A stretch of 64,000 nt of DNA from Gammaproteobacteria bacterium (GTDB taxonomy: Bacteria; Pseudomonadota; Gammaproteobacteria; Eutrophobiales; Eutrophobiaceae), in the NCBI GenBank assembly GCA_965243205.1, contig CBDEUK010000002.1, positions 352,001-416,000 of the forward strand, in the 5' to 3' direction. Position numbers and translations under genes: made by a program. Shown here one piece after another: positions 1 to 10,162 of this stretch (the stretch's first letter is position 1; each line of letters opens with the position of its first letter). The notes beneath the pieces are model-generated. The model was not told the origin of the DNA. It was given only the letters and a program-made list of their open reading frames with translations, and searched no databases.

Positions 1-2
1 GT

Positions 3-1259
3 AAAGTTCCTACAGACCATCCCTCACAACAGCATGATGTCGTTATTGTTGGTGGAGGCGCTGCTGGCATAGCAGTCGCTTCAAGCTTATTAAAACGTCG
101 CCCATCTTTGGATATCGTATTGATCGATCCTTCTGATATACATTATTACCAACCGGGTTTTACTATGGTTGGAGGAGGAATATTTAAGCCACAAGATACT
201 GTGAAGACAATGGCGCATTTGATTCCTAAAGGTGTTAAATGGATAAAAGCTGCAGTGGCAGCATTTGAACCAGAATCAAATGTTGTGATATTAGAAGGCT
301 GTCGTGTCATTGCATATCGTAATCTTGTTGTTTGCCCAGGTTTGAAATTGAATTGGAGTGCCATTGAAGGATTAGAAGAAACATTAGGACAAAATGGAGT
401 AACTTCTAATTACCGTTTTGATCTTGCTCCGTATACTTGGAAATTGGTTCAAGAGCTTAAGTCAGGTACGGCATTATTTACTCAACCTCCAATGCCAATT
501 AAATGTGCTGGAGCACCACAAAAAGCAATGTATCTATCCAGTGATCATTGGCATCGCAATAATCGTTTAAACAATATAGACATTAAGTTTCTTAATGCGG
601 GCCCTGTTTTATTTGGCGTAAAAGAATACGTGCCTGCATTAATGGAATATATTAATAAATATAATGCTGAGCTGATGTTTAGTCATAACCTTATTAAGAT
701 CAATGGTAATGAAAAGAAAGCTTGGTTTAAAACAAAAAATAGTAATGATGAATCAGAAATTATTGAACAACAGTTCGATATGATTCATGTATGCCCTCCC
801 CAACAAGCCCCCGATTTTATTCGTAGTAGTAATTTAGTTGATGAAAACGGATGGGTAGATGTTGATAAAGAAACGTTGCGTCATAGTGTTTATGAAAATA
901 TTTATGCGCTTGGAGATGTAACCAATGCGCCAAATGCTAAAACAGCTGCAGCTGCTAGAAAACAAGCACCAATAGTTGCTCATAATCTATTAAGCTTTAT
1001 GGATGCTCGAAACCAACCTGCACTTTACGATGGTTACGGTTCCTGTCCTCTTACAGTTGAACGAGGAAAAATTGTATTGGCTGAATTTGGTTATGATGGA
1101 AAATTATTACCTAGTTTTCCTAAATGGTTATTGAATGGTAGTAAACCTACTTGGCGAGCATGGTTTTTAAAAGAAAAACTGCTACCGCCTATTTACTGGG
1201 TAGCAATGCTAAAAGGTCGTGAATGGTTAGCGAAACCTCAAATTAGTAAAACACAATAA
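3..1259 (+). CDS. sqr: Sulfide:quinone oxidoreductase (type II-like), 5'-truncated by window edge
   Basis: Frame is open from position 3 (HDVVIVGGGAAG Rossmann motif upstream of the ORF-track start); KCAGAPQK, GDV..PNAKTAAA and YDGYGSCPL motifs. Confidence 0.9.
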   Translation, partial: KVPTDHPSQQHDVVIVGGGAAGIAVASSLLKRRPSLDIVLIDPSDIHYYQPGFTMVGGGIFKPQDTVKTMAHLIPKGVKWIKAAVAAFEPESNVVILEGCRVIAYRNLVVCPGLKLNWSAIEGLEETLGQNGVTSNYRFDLAPYTWKLVQELKSGTALFTQPPMPIKCAGAPQKAMYLSSDHWHRNNRLNNIDIKFLNAGPVLFGVKEYVPALMEYINKYNAELMFSHNLIKINGNEKKAWFKTKNSNDESEIIEQQFDMIHVCPPQQAPDFIRSSNLVDENGWVDVDKETLRHSVYENIYALGDVTNAPNAKTAAAARKQAPIVAHNLLSFMDARNQPALYDGYGSCPLTVERGKIVLAEFGYDGKLLPSFPKWLLNGSKPTWRAWFLKEKLLPPIYWVAMLKGREWLAKPQISKTQ

Positions 1260-1270
1260 AAAATCATTAG

Positions 1271-3025
1271 ATGATAAATTTAATTAAAACCATTCCATTA
1301 ACTAAAACACTAAAACATTATTCATTGGGTAATGTGAAAGACGATTTTATGGCATCAATTTTAGTCGCTATCATGTTGATACCTCAGTCTTTAGCTTATG
1401 CAATGTTGGCAGGTTTGCCACCAGAGATAGGTTTATATTCAAGTATTCTTCCGCTAGTTATGTATGGAATTTTTGGTAGTAGCGGAAGTCTTGCAGTAGG
1501 ACCTGTTGCAATCATTGCATTAATGACAGGGGCTACTATTTCATCTGTTAGCCAATTAACAGATCATTCAGTCATTGAAATTTCTATTAATTTAGCTTTG
1601 CTTTCAGGTTTAACTCTTGTCTTGTTAGGATGGTTGAGGTTTGGTTTTATAGTAAATTTTATAAGTCGTTCAGTTACTGAAGGTTTTATTTTGGCTTCAA
1701 TTATTTTAATTATCCTGAGTCAAATAAAACATTTGTTAGGTATTGAATTGATGGGACATGGTTTGCCCGACTTAGTCATAGGTTTATGGAATAAATTATA
1801 TCAATTCCACATGCCAACTTTCTTATATAGTGTTGTTGCTCTTTCTTGTCTTTTTACAATGCCGCATTTATTAAAATATTATTTTAAAAAAAATGGATTT
1901 AGTAATAAATGGCTAGAATTTATAGGAAAAATAATTCCTGCTTGTTTAGTTATTATTTCAATAATGTTAATAAACTATACAGCTATAGGAAATATGGAAA
2001 TCAAAACCATTGGTGAAATTCCTTCCGCTTTACCTGCCATTAATATTATTAATATCGATTTTAAATTAATGAAATTACTTTTTTTACCAGCGTTATTAAT
2101 TTCGATTATTGGATATATAGAATCTATCTCGGTTGTTACTAAGTTTGCCTTAAAGACAAGAACCTCTATCAATCCTAATACAGAATTAAATGCATTAGGA
2201 GTTGCCAATATAAGCAGTGCTTTTTCTGGTGGCATGCCGGTAACTGGAGGTTTTTCACGTTCTGTTGTAAATCACACTGCTGGAGCAAAAACACCTGTTT
2301 CCGGAATAATGACAGCTATTTTAATGGCGGTAATGATAGTGAGCTTTGCAGAGTATTTACAGTTTCTTCCTAAAGCATTATTAGCAGCTACGATTATTGT
2401 CGCCGTTTTTAGTTTATTTGATTTTAAAAAACTTATTGATACATATCGTTTTTCGAAACAGGATTTTTTTCTTCTATCTGTAACATGTTTAATGACATTA
2501 ATATTCAGCGTAGAAACAGGTATAGGAGTTGGTATCGTCGCATCAATACTACTCCATCTTCATCACTCAAGCAGACCGCATATTGCGATCATTGGACAAG
2601 TTCCAGGAACCGAACATTTTAGGAATGTTTGCCGTTATGAAGTCAAAACAATTCCGCAAATTCTTGGGCTTAGAATTGATGAGCGTTTGTATTTTGCTAA
2701 CGCGGCATTTTTACAAAAACAAGTTTTAGAGATTTTGAATAAATCTAAATTGATTGAACACTGTGTGCTTCAATTCTCTAGTGTAAGTGATCTTGATAAA
2801 AGCGCTTTAGAAAGCTTAGAAGAACTCAATCAGCAGCTAAAAGAAATGAATGTTGAATTGCATCTATCCGAAGTTAAGGGACCAGTGATGGACAAATTGC
2901 AAAACACATTTTTTATTAATGAAATAAAAGATCGAATTCACCTTTCACATTATCAAGCGATTATGACATTAAGTAAAAAATATTCTGAGCATTGTGAAAA
3001 ATCAGATGTATATCAAATGAATTAA
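1271..3025 (+). CDS. SulP/SLC26 anion permease with C-terminal STAS domain
   Basis: PQSLAYAMLAGLPP..GLY motif, GGMPVTGGFSRS, STAS LYFANA. Confidence 0.92.
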   Translation: MINLIKTIPLTKTLKHYSLGNVKDDFMASILVAIMLIPQSLAYAMLAGLPPEIGLYSSILPLVMYGIFGSSGSLAVGPVAIIALMTGATISSVSQLTDHSVIEISINLALLSGLTLVLLGWLRFGFIVNFISRSVTEGFILASIILIILSQIKHLLGIELMGHGLPDLVIGLWNKLYQFHMPTFLYSVVALSCLFTMPHLLKYYFKKNGFSNKWLEFIGKIIPACLVIISIMLINYTAIGNMEIKTIGEIPSALPAINIINIDFKLMKLLFLPALLISIIGYIESISVVTKFALKTRTSINPNTELNALGVANISSAFSGGMPVTGGFSRSVVNHTAGAKTPVSGIMTAILMAVMIVSFAEYLQFLPKALLAATIIVAVFSLFDFKKLIDTYRFSKQDFFLLSVTCLMTLIFSVETGIGVGIVASILLHLHHSSRPHIAIIGQVPGTEHFRNVCRYEVKTIPQILGLRIDERLYFANAAFLQKQVLEILNKSKLIEHCVLQFSSVSDLDKSALESLEELNQQLKEMNVELHLSEVKGPVMDKLQNTFFINEIKDRIHLSHYQAIMTLSKKYSEHCEKSDVYQMN

Positions 3026-3046
3026 ATTGATGTAGAGGAAAAACAT

Positions 3047-4126
3047 ATGTTGATATTTAGACAGTTATTTGATCAAAAATCATCTACCTATACGTATTTG
3101 TTAGGTGATAGTGATTCTTCAGAAGCTATCATGATAGATACTGTGTTTGAACAAAAATTACGCGATTTAGCTTTATTAAAAGAATTAAATTTAACATTGA
3201 AATATGTGGTCGATACGCATTGCCATGCTGATCATGTTACAGCTGCATGGTTATTGAAAAAACAAACTGGAGCTGAGATTGTAATTTCAAAATATGCGGA
3301 TGTTACTAATTGTGATCTTGAAGTTGAAGAAAATCAAAAATTATATTTCGGTGAACGTTATATTACAGTAAAGGAAACACCAGGGCATACTAAAGGATGT
3401 GTGACATATGTGTTAGATGATGAAAGTATGGCATTTACTGGTGATGCATTATTAATACGTGGATGTGGCAGAACGGATTTTCAACAAGGATCTTCTAATA
3501 GTCTTTATGAAAGTATTCATTCTAAAATTTTTTCATTGCCCGACGAAACATTACTTTATCCAGGTCATGATTATCGTGGTTTGTTAGTAACAAGTGTTGC
3601 TGAGGAAAAAAAATATAATCCAAGACTGGGTGGTAACTTGAGTGAAAGTGATTTTAATGGGTTTATGAATAATTTGAATCTTGCCCATCCAAAACAAATT
3701 GATATAGCATTACCTGCAAATCTGAAATCGGGGAAACCTGATAATTTAGAAATGCATGAACATAGTCAATGGGCGCAAGTTCAATATTCTTTTGCAGGTA
3801 TTCCAGAGATTGAACCTCAGAACTTAGAAGAAGTGATCGATAAAATTCAATTGATTGATGTGCGTGAGAAATATGAATTCAATGATGAAATGGGACATAT
3901 TCAAAATGCTAAACATATTCCTCTTGGAGAGCTCAATGATCGAATCAATGAAATTGATATAGACCTACCTATTGTAACAGTGTGTCGTGCTGGTGGGCGT
4001 TCTGCTCAAGCGACCAATATATTAAAAAATATAGGCTTCCCCAGATTTGCTAGTCTTTCGGGTGGCATGCTTCGATGGTGTTCAGAATCTTATCCAACGG
4101 TAAAAGAAACGCATTATAATAAATAG
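3047..4126 (+). CDS. Persulfide dioxygenase (ETHE1-like MBL fold) fused to rhodanese
   Basis: FRQLFD..SSTYTY, THCHADH, TPGHT, GCGRTDFQ; C-terminal IDVRE..CRAGGRS. Confidence 0.9.
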   Translation: MLIFRQLFDQKSSTYTYLLGDSDSSEAIMIDTVFEQKLRDLALLKELNLTLKYVVDTHCHADHVTAAWLLKKQTGAEIVISKYADVTNCDLEVEENQKLYFGERYITVKETPGHTKGCVTYVLDDESMAFTGDALLIRGCGRTDFQQGSSNSLYESIHSKIFSLPDETLLYPGHDYRGLLVTSVAEEKKYNPRLGGNLSESDFNGFMNNLNLAHPKQIDIALPANLKSGKPDNLEMHEHSQWAQVQYSFAGIPEIEPQNLEEVIDKIQLIDVREKYEFNDEMGHIQNAKHIPLGELNDRINEIDIDLPIVTVCRAGGRSAQATNILKNIGFPRFASLSGGMLRWCSESYPTVKETHYNK

Positions 4127-4139
4127 GTTTTGTATGTAA

Positions 4140-4964
4140 TTAATAATTTGGTAAGAGATTTACTTCATTATTTTTTTTAACCCAGTTATTTTGTTTTTGT
4201 AATTCTAATAGTCTATCAATACGATCTTGGGTCAAAGGGTGAGTTTGTAAGAACTTAATGTTGAAGGATTCTTCGTTTAGGATATCTTCAAAAAAATCGG
4301 TTGCACCAGTAACATGCCCATAATGATTTTGTAGTGTTTGAAGTGCAGCTTCATCAGCTTGCGATTCCATGGAACGACTAAAATGTAATGAAGTCAGCAC
4401 TCCACTACTTCCTACCAATGACATCCCTGTATCACTGGCACCAAACACAATAGTACTTAATAAAGATAGAGCAACACCAGCGCCTAAACCTTTTAAAGGA
4501 TCGCGATGATTCACATGGGCAATTTCATGAGCGATGACCATGGCTAAAGCATTTTCACTAGGCATTGCATCCCAAAGTCCTTTGGTAATAAATATATGTC
4601 CGCCTAACCCAGCAAAAGCATTTACCATATCATCGTCCATCCAATGCACAGTAATTGTAATATCTTTGTTTAATCCTTGAGCCTTAGCTAAATCATTTGC
4701 TAGATTTTGAAGATACTGGACGCGTTCTTTTAAGTTTGGAACATCTGATTCATCCATTGCTTCAGTAATATTAATGTTTGAAACCAGTTTTTGTTCAAAT
4801 GAAAAAGGTATATAAGGTGCGATCCATTGCATAGAAGCATAAAAGATAATAGTTAATGATACGACAATAAGTATCGCACCTCCTCCAAGCCATAAAAAAT
4901 CGGCTAAAGGACTGGTTTTAGATACGTTAACGTTATCTTCGAATAATGGGTTCTTTTGATTCAA
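4140..4964 (-). CDS. M48 family zinc metallopeptidase
   Basis: NAFAGLGG, AHEIAH (HExxH), E..AD, THP. Confidence 0.88.
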   Translation of the reverse strand: MNQKNPLFEDNVNVSKTSPLADFLWLGGGAILIVVSLTIIFYASMQWIAPYIPFSFEQKLVSNINITEAMDESDVPNLKERVQYLQNLANDLAKAQGLNKDITITVHWMDDDMVNAFAGLGGHIFITKGLWDAMPSENALAMVIAHEIAHVNHRDPLKGLGAGVALSLLSTIVFGASDTGMSLVGSSGVLTSLHFSRSMESQADEAALQTLQNHYGHVTGATDFFEDILNEESFNIKFLQTHPLTQDRIDRLLELQKQNNWVKKNNEVNLLPNY

Positions 4965-5419
4965 TTTGATTTTGTCATAATCGGAACCATTGCAGTTCCA
5001 TAAGCCAATACTTCGATAGAACCAATACCGCCTCTGGCATTTTGCGAAATCGATGCTGTTTCGTAACGTACATTTTTAATACTGACAGCCCCGAGCTCAG
5101 CACTTTGTTCTTGTAAACGTAACATGGCTTCTCTTCTACCGCGGTCGAGTAAAGATTCATAGGCACTGACTTGACCACCAAATATATTACGTAAACCCGC
5201 TACCAAACGTTTGAAGTAATCAACAGAAACAACTACGTTGCCAGTTACTAGATGGCCACGTAATGCGGTATTAGTGACACGTTTATTTGTGTTATGTAAA
5301 AATAATTCTCGATATTTTTGTTCACGTTCTTTAATGGTTTTATAGTGTTTACGTTCATTCATAGAACCAAACACGTAACCAAGAATTAGCAAAATAAAAA
5401 CAATAATAATATCTATCAT
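4961..5419 (-). CDS. YbjQ/UPF0145 family protein with N-terminal membrane anchor
   Basis: LRNIFGG...YESLLDRGRREA..RL, EVLAYGTA. Confidence 0.85.
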   Translation of the reverse strand: MIDIIIVFILLILGYVFGSMNERKHYKTIKEREQKYRELFLHNTNKRVTNTALRGHLVTGNVVVSVDYFKRLVAGLRNIFGGQVSAYESLLDRGRREAMLRLQEQSAELGAVSIKNVRYETASISQNARGGIGSIEVLAYGTAMVPIMTKSN

Positions 5420-5425
5420 TTTAAT

Positions 5426-5740
5426 TTACTCGATGATGACAGCGGTTCCATAAACAAATAATTCTGCTGCACCAGCTGCAATAGAGGATGTAGAGAATCG
5501 TACATTGATAATTGCGTTAGCACCTAATTGTTCAGCTTGATCGATCATTCGATCAATTGATTCATGACGAGATTCGTTGAGTAAATCGGTATAGGAAGAA
5601 AGTTCTCCGCCGAATATATTTTTAATACCTGCAAAAATATCCTTACCGACATGCTTTGCTCTAACAGTACTGCCTTGAACCAAGCCTAGATGTTGTGTGA
5701 TTCGATGACCTGGAATGGTCTCGAGGTTATTTATGATCAT
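5426..5740 (-). CDS. YbjQ/UPF0145 family protein
   Basis: GLVQGSTVRAKHVGKD, LGANAIINVRF, YGTAV. Confidence 0.9.
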   Translation of the reverse strand: MIINNLETIPGHRITQHLGLVQGSTVRAKHVGKDIFAGIKNIFGGELSSYTDLLNESRHESIDRMIDQAEQLGANAIINVRFSTSSIAAGAAELFVYGTAVIIE

Positions 5741-5770
5741 GAATACTCCTTATCTTATTATTCAAGTTAA

Positions 5771-6655
5771 TTATGACGCATTGATCGGCCTTAAACTAGC
5801 AATAACCAAACCAAAAACAACAACTAGCGCACCAATTATAAACATAATTGATAGTTTTTCATTTAGTAACCAACTCCCTAACACCATTGCCACCAACGGA
5901 TTTAATGGGACGAACATTGTTGCAAAGGTTGCTGATGCACGTTTGATTACCCAGTTAAACAAATAAAATGCTAAGCCACCTGTAAAACAACCAAATGCGA
6001 CAATAATAATCATTAGTTCGAGGTTAAATAATTTTATATCAGTCAATATACCTTCTTGAATTGCAAAAGGAGTAAGCACTAAAAAACCTGTAATCATGCC
6101 AATTAATGTGTGAGTGCTTGTAGGAATCTGTTTAAATGTTCCACGAGCTAAGAAACTGTATATTGCACCTATAATGGCGGCAGCAATCATGATTAATTCT
6201 CCAATTAAACTGGAAAAACTGAATTCTGAATGCATTAATTTGTCAGATAAAGCAACAGCTAAACCGATAAAGGTTAGGCATATTGCAATCAATGAATGTA
6301 AGTTGATTTTTTCTTTGCCAGTAAATTGACCAATTAACATTGACCATATAGGCATACTAGCGATTAATAGAGCGCCCTCTGCAGCACTGATGCGTTCGAA
6401 TGATGCAGCAAACAGATAAGGGAATAATGCAAAAAATAAAATGCCCAATAAAAAACTATTTAGCCAATAAGCTTTGACTGGTTTAGCTGGACGTTCTATT
6501 AAAAAAATACATAAAACGAGTATAGCACCAAATAAATAGCGTAAACATGCAACTTCTGTTGCATCTAAGAAATGCACTAAATATCGATTGGCTACAGAAG
6601 CAACACCTGTTAGTACGTGGGCAATGGTGATGGCGATAATTACATTACTAGGCAT
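5771..6655 (-). CDS. DMT/EamA family transporter
   Basis: About 10 TM helices, two EamA-like halves, LLNEKL. Confidence 0.85.
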   Translation of the reverse strand: MPSNVIIAITIAHVLTGVASVANRYLVHFLDATEVACLRYLFGAILVLCIFLIERPAKPVKAYWLNSFLLGILFFALFPYLFAASFERISAAEGALLIASMPIWSMLIGQFTGKEKINLHSLIAICLTFIGLAVALSDKLMHSEFSFSSLIGELIMIAAAIIGAIYSFLARGTFKQIPTSTHTLIGMITGFLVLTPFAIQEGILTDIKLFNLELMIIIVAFGCFTGGLAFYLFNWVIKRASATFATMFVPLNPLVAMVLGSWLLNEKLSIMFIIGALVVVFGLVIASLRPINAS

Positions 6656-6761
6656 AGATTTGCATACATATTGTCATAATTAGGTAAATTAACCCTGCTT
6701 TCATAGGGAATACAACGTTATACTATTTATATCTTTTGTAAATTAATTAGGTGAAGGAAAT

Positions 6762-9026
6762 ATGTTTAAAGTACTTAAATATTTGATCATTCTTGCTGTC
6801 TTAGCCGTCGTGGTTATTTTTGGCCTTATTATGACCACGGACGTAAATCAATATAAGCCACAAATCATTGAGTTAGTGAAAAACTCTACCAAGCGTGATT
6901 TTAATATTGAAGGTGATTTGAAATTAGCTCCTTCGTTAATTCCAACGATTAAGGTGTCAGGTGTGACATTTGGCAATGCTTCTTGGGGCGAGAAAAAACC
7001 GATGGTGAGCGTGGGTGATTTTGAAGCCCAAGTTGCTTTGATGCCTTTATTATCAAAAAATGTTCAGATCAAAAAACTCATCCTTAAAAAACCTGAAATT
7101 CTTCTAGAGACGAATGCAAAAGGTAAAGGTAACTGGGAGTTAGATTTAGGTAGTGGTTCCGAAACTTCATCATCTTCTTCAAGTTCTACTGCGTTGGGTT
7201 TAAATATTAATAAAGTACAAATTGATGACGCTAATTTAACCTATAAAGATGGTAAAACCGGTAAAGTTACAGAGCTCAATGTAGAAGAAATAAGTCTTAA
7301 ATCATCGAGTAAATCATCACCGTTAGATTTATTAGTCAAAGCAAGTTTAAATGGTGCGCCGTTAAGTGTTGATGGTTCTTTAGGTTCTATTGATAGTTTA
7401 ATGTCTGATAAAGAGTCCCCTGTTGATTTAAATATCCAGTTGGATAAAGCAAATGTAAGCGCTAATGGTAAAATTGCTAAGCCTAAATCCATGCAAGGCG
7501 TTGATATGAATTTTTCGGTTGATATTGATCGTTTAGCAGACTTATCAACATTTGCAGGTTCAGATTTGCCTGATGCTGGCCCGATTAAATTAAATGGAAC
7601 CATAACTGAAGCTAAAGGAATCTACAGTGTTAAAGCTGATGGGAACGTGATTGATGCAACGATTGGCGCTGACGGTAAATTAGGCACAACTTCCCTTAAA
7701 GGCTTGGATATGAATATCGATTTTGCGGTCGAAAATGTTTCCAGTCTTTCTCCTTTATCAGGCTCAGAACTACCAGATGCTGGCCCAATAAAAGTATCTG
7801 GAAGATTAAAAGAAGCCAGTGGCGGTTATGCCATCAATGGCATGATCGCAAAAATATTAGAATACGATGTTAAAGGCGATGTAGCAGTATCACTTAAAGG
7901 CGAACGACCATCAGTCACTGCGTCGTTAGCAACGGATACTCTAGACCTGTCTAAATTTTCTGGTGAAGCTTCTGATAAAAAAGCTGCAAAGAAAGACAAA
8001 GTCTTTTCTTCGGATCCATTACCACTTGAAGGTTTGAAATCGGCCGATGTCGTTTTAAATTTCAAAGCGAACAAGCTAATAACCAGTTCAGCTATTCTAG
8101 ATAATATGAATCTCGCTATGACTCTAAAAAATGGCAAACTTAACGTTGCACCATTTTCAGGAAATATTGCTGGAGGAAAAATCACCGCTAAAGTAAGTCT
8201 AGATGGAAGCAATGGTAAAACGGCAACTTTAACTAAAGATGTTTCTATTAAACAAGTAGAGTTAGGCCAATTACCTCAATTTAAAGGCAAAGATACCATT
8301 ATTGGTGGTAAAACTGATTTAACGATGTCGATATCAGGTTCTGGAGTAAGTGTTGCTGAGATAATGGCAGGTTCTAATGGAAAACTTGAAATTATTACTG
8401 GCACAGGAAAGCTTTATAACAAAACCATTGATATTGCGGGTGCGGATATTGTGTTTTCTGCAGTGAATATGATCAATCCTTTATCCGAACAAGAAGAATA
8501 CACTTCGCTTGAATGCGGTGTCGTAAAGTTCGATATCAAAGATGGTATAGCTAGTACTGATAAAGGTATTGCCTTACAGACAGGCAAGCTAAATGCAGTT
8601 GGTAGTGGTGCGATTAACTTCAAGACCGAAGAACTGGATCTTGCTGTCAAACCTCAAGCACGTGAGGGATTAGGAATCGGTTTAGGTAAGTTGGTTGATG
8701 CAGTAAGTATCGGTGGAACCTTAGCTAATCCTTCACCAAAAGTAGATACTGCTGCTGCTCTGAAAACAGGACTAACTGCGGGTGCTGCTGTGGCCACAGG
8801 TGGCCTTTCCTTATTGGCTGAAGGGTTATTTGATAAAGCAACAGCAGATAGCAATCCTTGCGATACTGCATTAGGTAAAACACCTGCGCCTAAAGCTCAG
8901 CCTGAAAAAACAGAAGCCGCTAAAGACCCAGTAGAAAATACCAAAGCTTCAGCGGAAGAAAAAATCGAACAAAAGAAAGAAAAAGTCGAAGATAAAGTGA
9001 AGGACGCTTTAAAAGGCCTATTTTAG
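6762..9026 (+). CDS. AsmA family protein
   Basis: N-terminal TM, D.NQYK..I, GKGNW, C-terminal AsmA-like region; internal repeat GS(D/E)LPDAGPIK. Confidence 0.85.
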   Translation: MFKVLKYLIILAVLAVVVIFGLIMTTDVNQYKPQIIELVKNSTKRDFNIEGDLKLAPSLIPTIKVSGVTFGNASWGEKKPMVSVGDFEAQVALMPLLSKNVQIKKLILKKPEILLETNAKGKGNWELDLGSGSETSSSSSSSTALGLNINKVQIDDANLTYKDGKTGKVTELNVEEISLKSSSKSSPLDLLVKASLNGAPLSVDGSLGSIDSLMSDKESPVDLNIQLDKANVSANGKIAKPKSMQGVDMNFSVDIDRLADLSTFAGSDLPDAGPIKLNGTITEAKGIYSVKADGNVIDATIGADGKLGTTSLKGLDMNIDFAVENVSSLSPLSGSELPDAGPIKVSGRLKEASGGYAINGMIAKILEYDVKGDVAVSLKGERPSVTASLATDTLDLSKFSGEASDKKAAKKDKVFSSDPLPLEGLKSADVVLNFKANKLITSSAILDNMNLAMTLKNGKLNVAPFSGNIAGGKITAKVSLDGSNGKTATLTKDVSIKQVELGQLPQFKGKDTIIGGKTDLTMSISGSGVSVAEIMAGSNGKLEIITGTGKLYNKTIDIAGADIVFSAVNMINPLSEQEEYTSLECGVVKFDIKDGIASTDKGIALQTGKLNAVGSGAINFKTEELDLAVKPQAREGLGIGLGKLVDAVSIGGTLANPSPKVDTAAALKTGLTAGAAVATGGLSLLAEGLFDKATADSNPCDTALGKTPAPKAQPEKTEAAKDPVENTKASAEEKIEQKKEKVEDKVKDALKGLF

Positions 9027-9778
9027 TTTTCTAATAATCCTCCAGTGGCCTGGATTGGCGTTTGGTCATTGGAGGAACTTATCCAAGCTACTAAGCCGTA
9101 TTTTTCGGCTTTTAAATGTGTCCTAGGAAGTTGAAATTGCCCAGAATAATTTCCGTTTTTTTGTCGTTCAATCAAATTGATTGTATGGTCTAGTACCACA
9201 AAATCATGATTTAGAGTTTTGCCACTGTTCTCCCCTCGATTAATCTCAGAAGAAATCCCAAACCCCACTAGCGCTAAATTCATTATCAGAGCTTTATTGG
9301 AATATTGTTGCGTTTGAAAATCGGCTTTGATTTGTGTGCGATTACGTTCAATGATTAATTTTCCAGGCAACTTACCAGATTCATAGAATGAGAGGCTTCT
9401 AGAACCGAACCATTTGCGCCATTCTTTGCCGTTAAAAATAAAGCCTGGGGTGTAAACAGTGGTTAGAGATTGTTGCCTTGCATAACGTCTTTGTCGATCA
9501 GAATTATTTTTGTTCGCATACTGGTCTTTCCAACCTATGTAATCCCAATAATCGACATGAAAGGCCAAGGGAATAAATTCATTCCATAATCCAGGATCTT
9601 TTTTTAATGAATTCAACCACTTATCGGCTGGCGGGCAACTGCTGCAACCTTCTGAGGTATAGAGTTCAATTAATGATACTTGCTGTTCTTCACTACTAAA
9701 AACTTGGTTTTCTGCATAGGCATTTAAACATAACAATGCTGAAGTAACTGTAAATGCGTATTTAAGGCTCAATTTCAT
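9023..9778 (-). CDS. DUF1223 thioredoxin-like secreted protein
   Basis: ELYTSEGCSSCPPAD, FHVDYWDYIGWKD, YTP. Confidence 0.9.
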   Translation of the reverse strand: MKLSLKYAFTVTSALLCLNAYAENQVFSSEEQQVSLIELYTSEGCSSCPPADKWLNSLKKDPGLWNEFIPLAFHVDYWDYIGWKDQYANKNNSDRQRRYARQQSLTTVYTPGFIFNGKEWRKWFGSRSLSFYESGKLPGKLIIERNRTQIKADFQTQQYSNKALIMNLALVGFGISSEINRGENSGKTLNHDFVVLDHTINLIERQKNGNYSGQFQLPRTHLKAEKYGLVAWISSSNDQTPIQATGGLLEN

Positions 9779-10162
9779 GGTTAATTTCTCAATTTTTATT
9801 AATTACTAATATTACAAATTATTCAATAAAACAATGTAAAACCTATATAAATCATAATTTTATAAAATAAACTTGATTTAAAATTTTAAATGTACTATCT
9901 TAAGAACCAGTCATTCATGACTGATATTTAACGAGTATGTGAAGTTTTTCCTCCAAGACTATAAAGACTTCATCAGCAAAACCTTAGGACATGGACGTCC
10001 AATTTTTTATAAAACTATAACGACCTCCTCTATCGACTCGTATCTAGGATTTCAATTCCAGTTAGAATCATTAAATTTCAGTAACTTTGTGTGCGATAGC
10101 AGCAATATTTTGTACAATCCGCGATTAACTCTTCGGATAAAAATTAATAATTTGGAATATTT

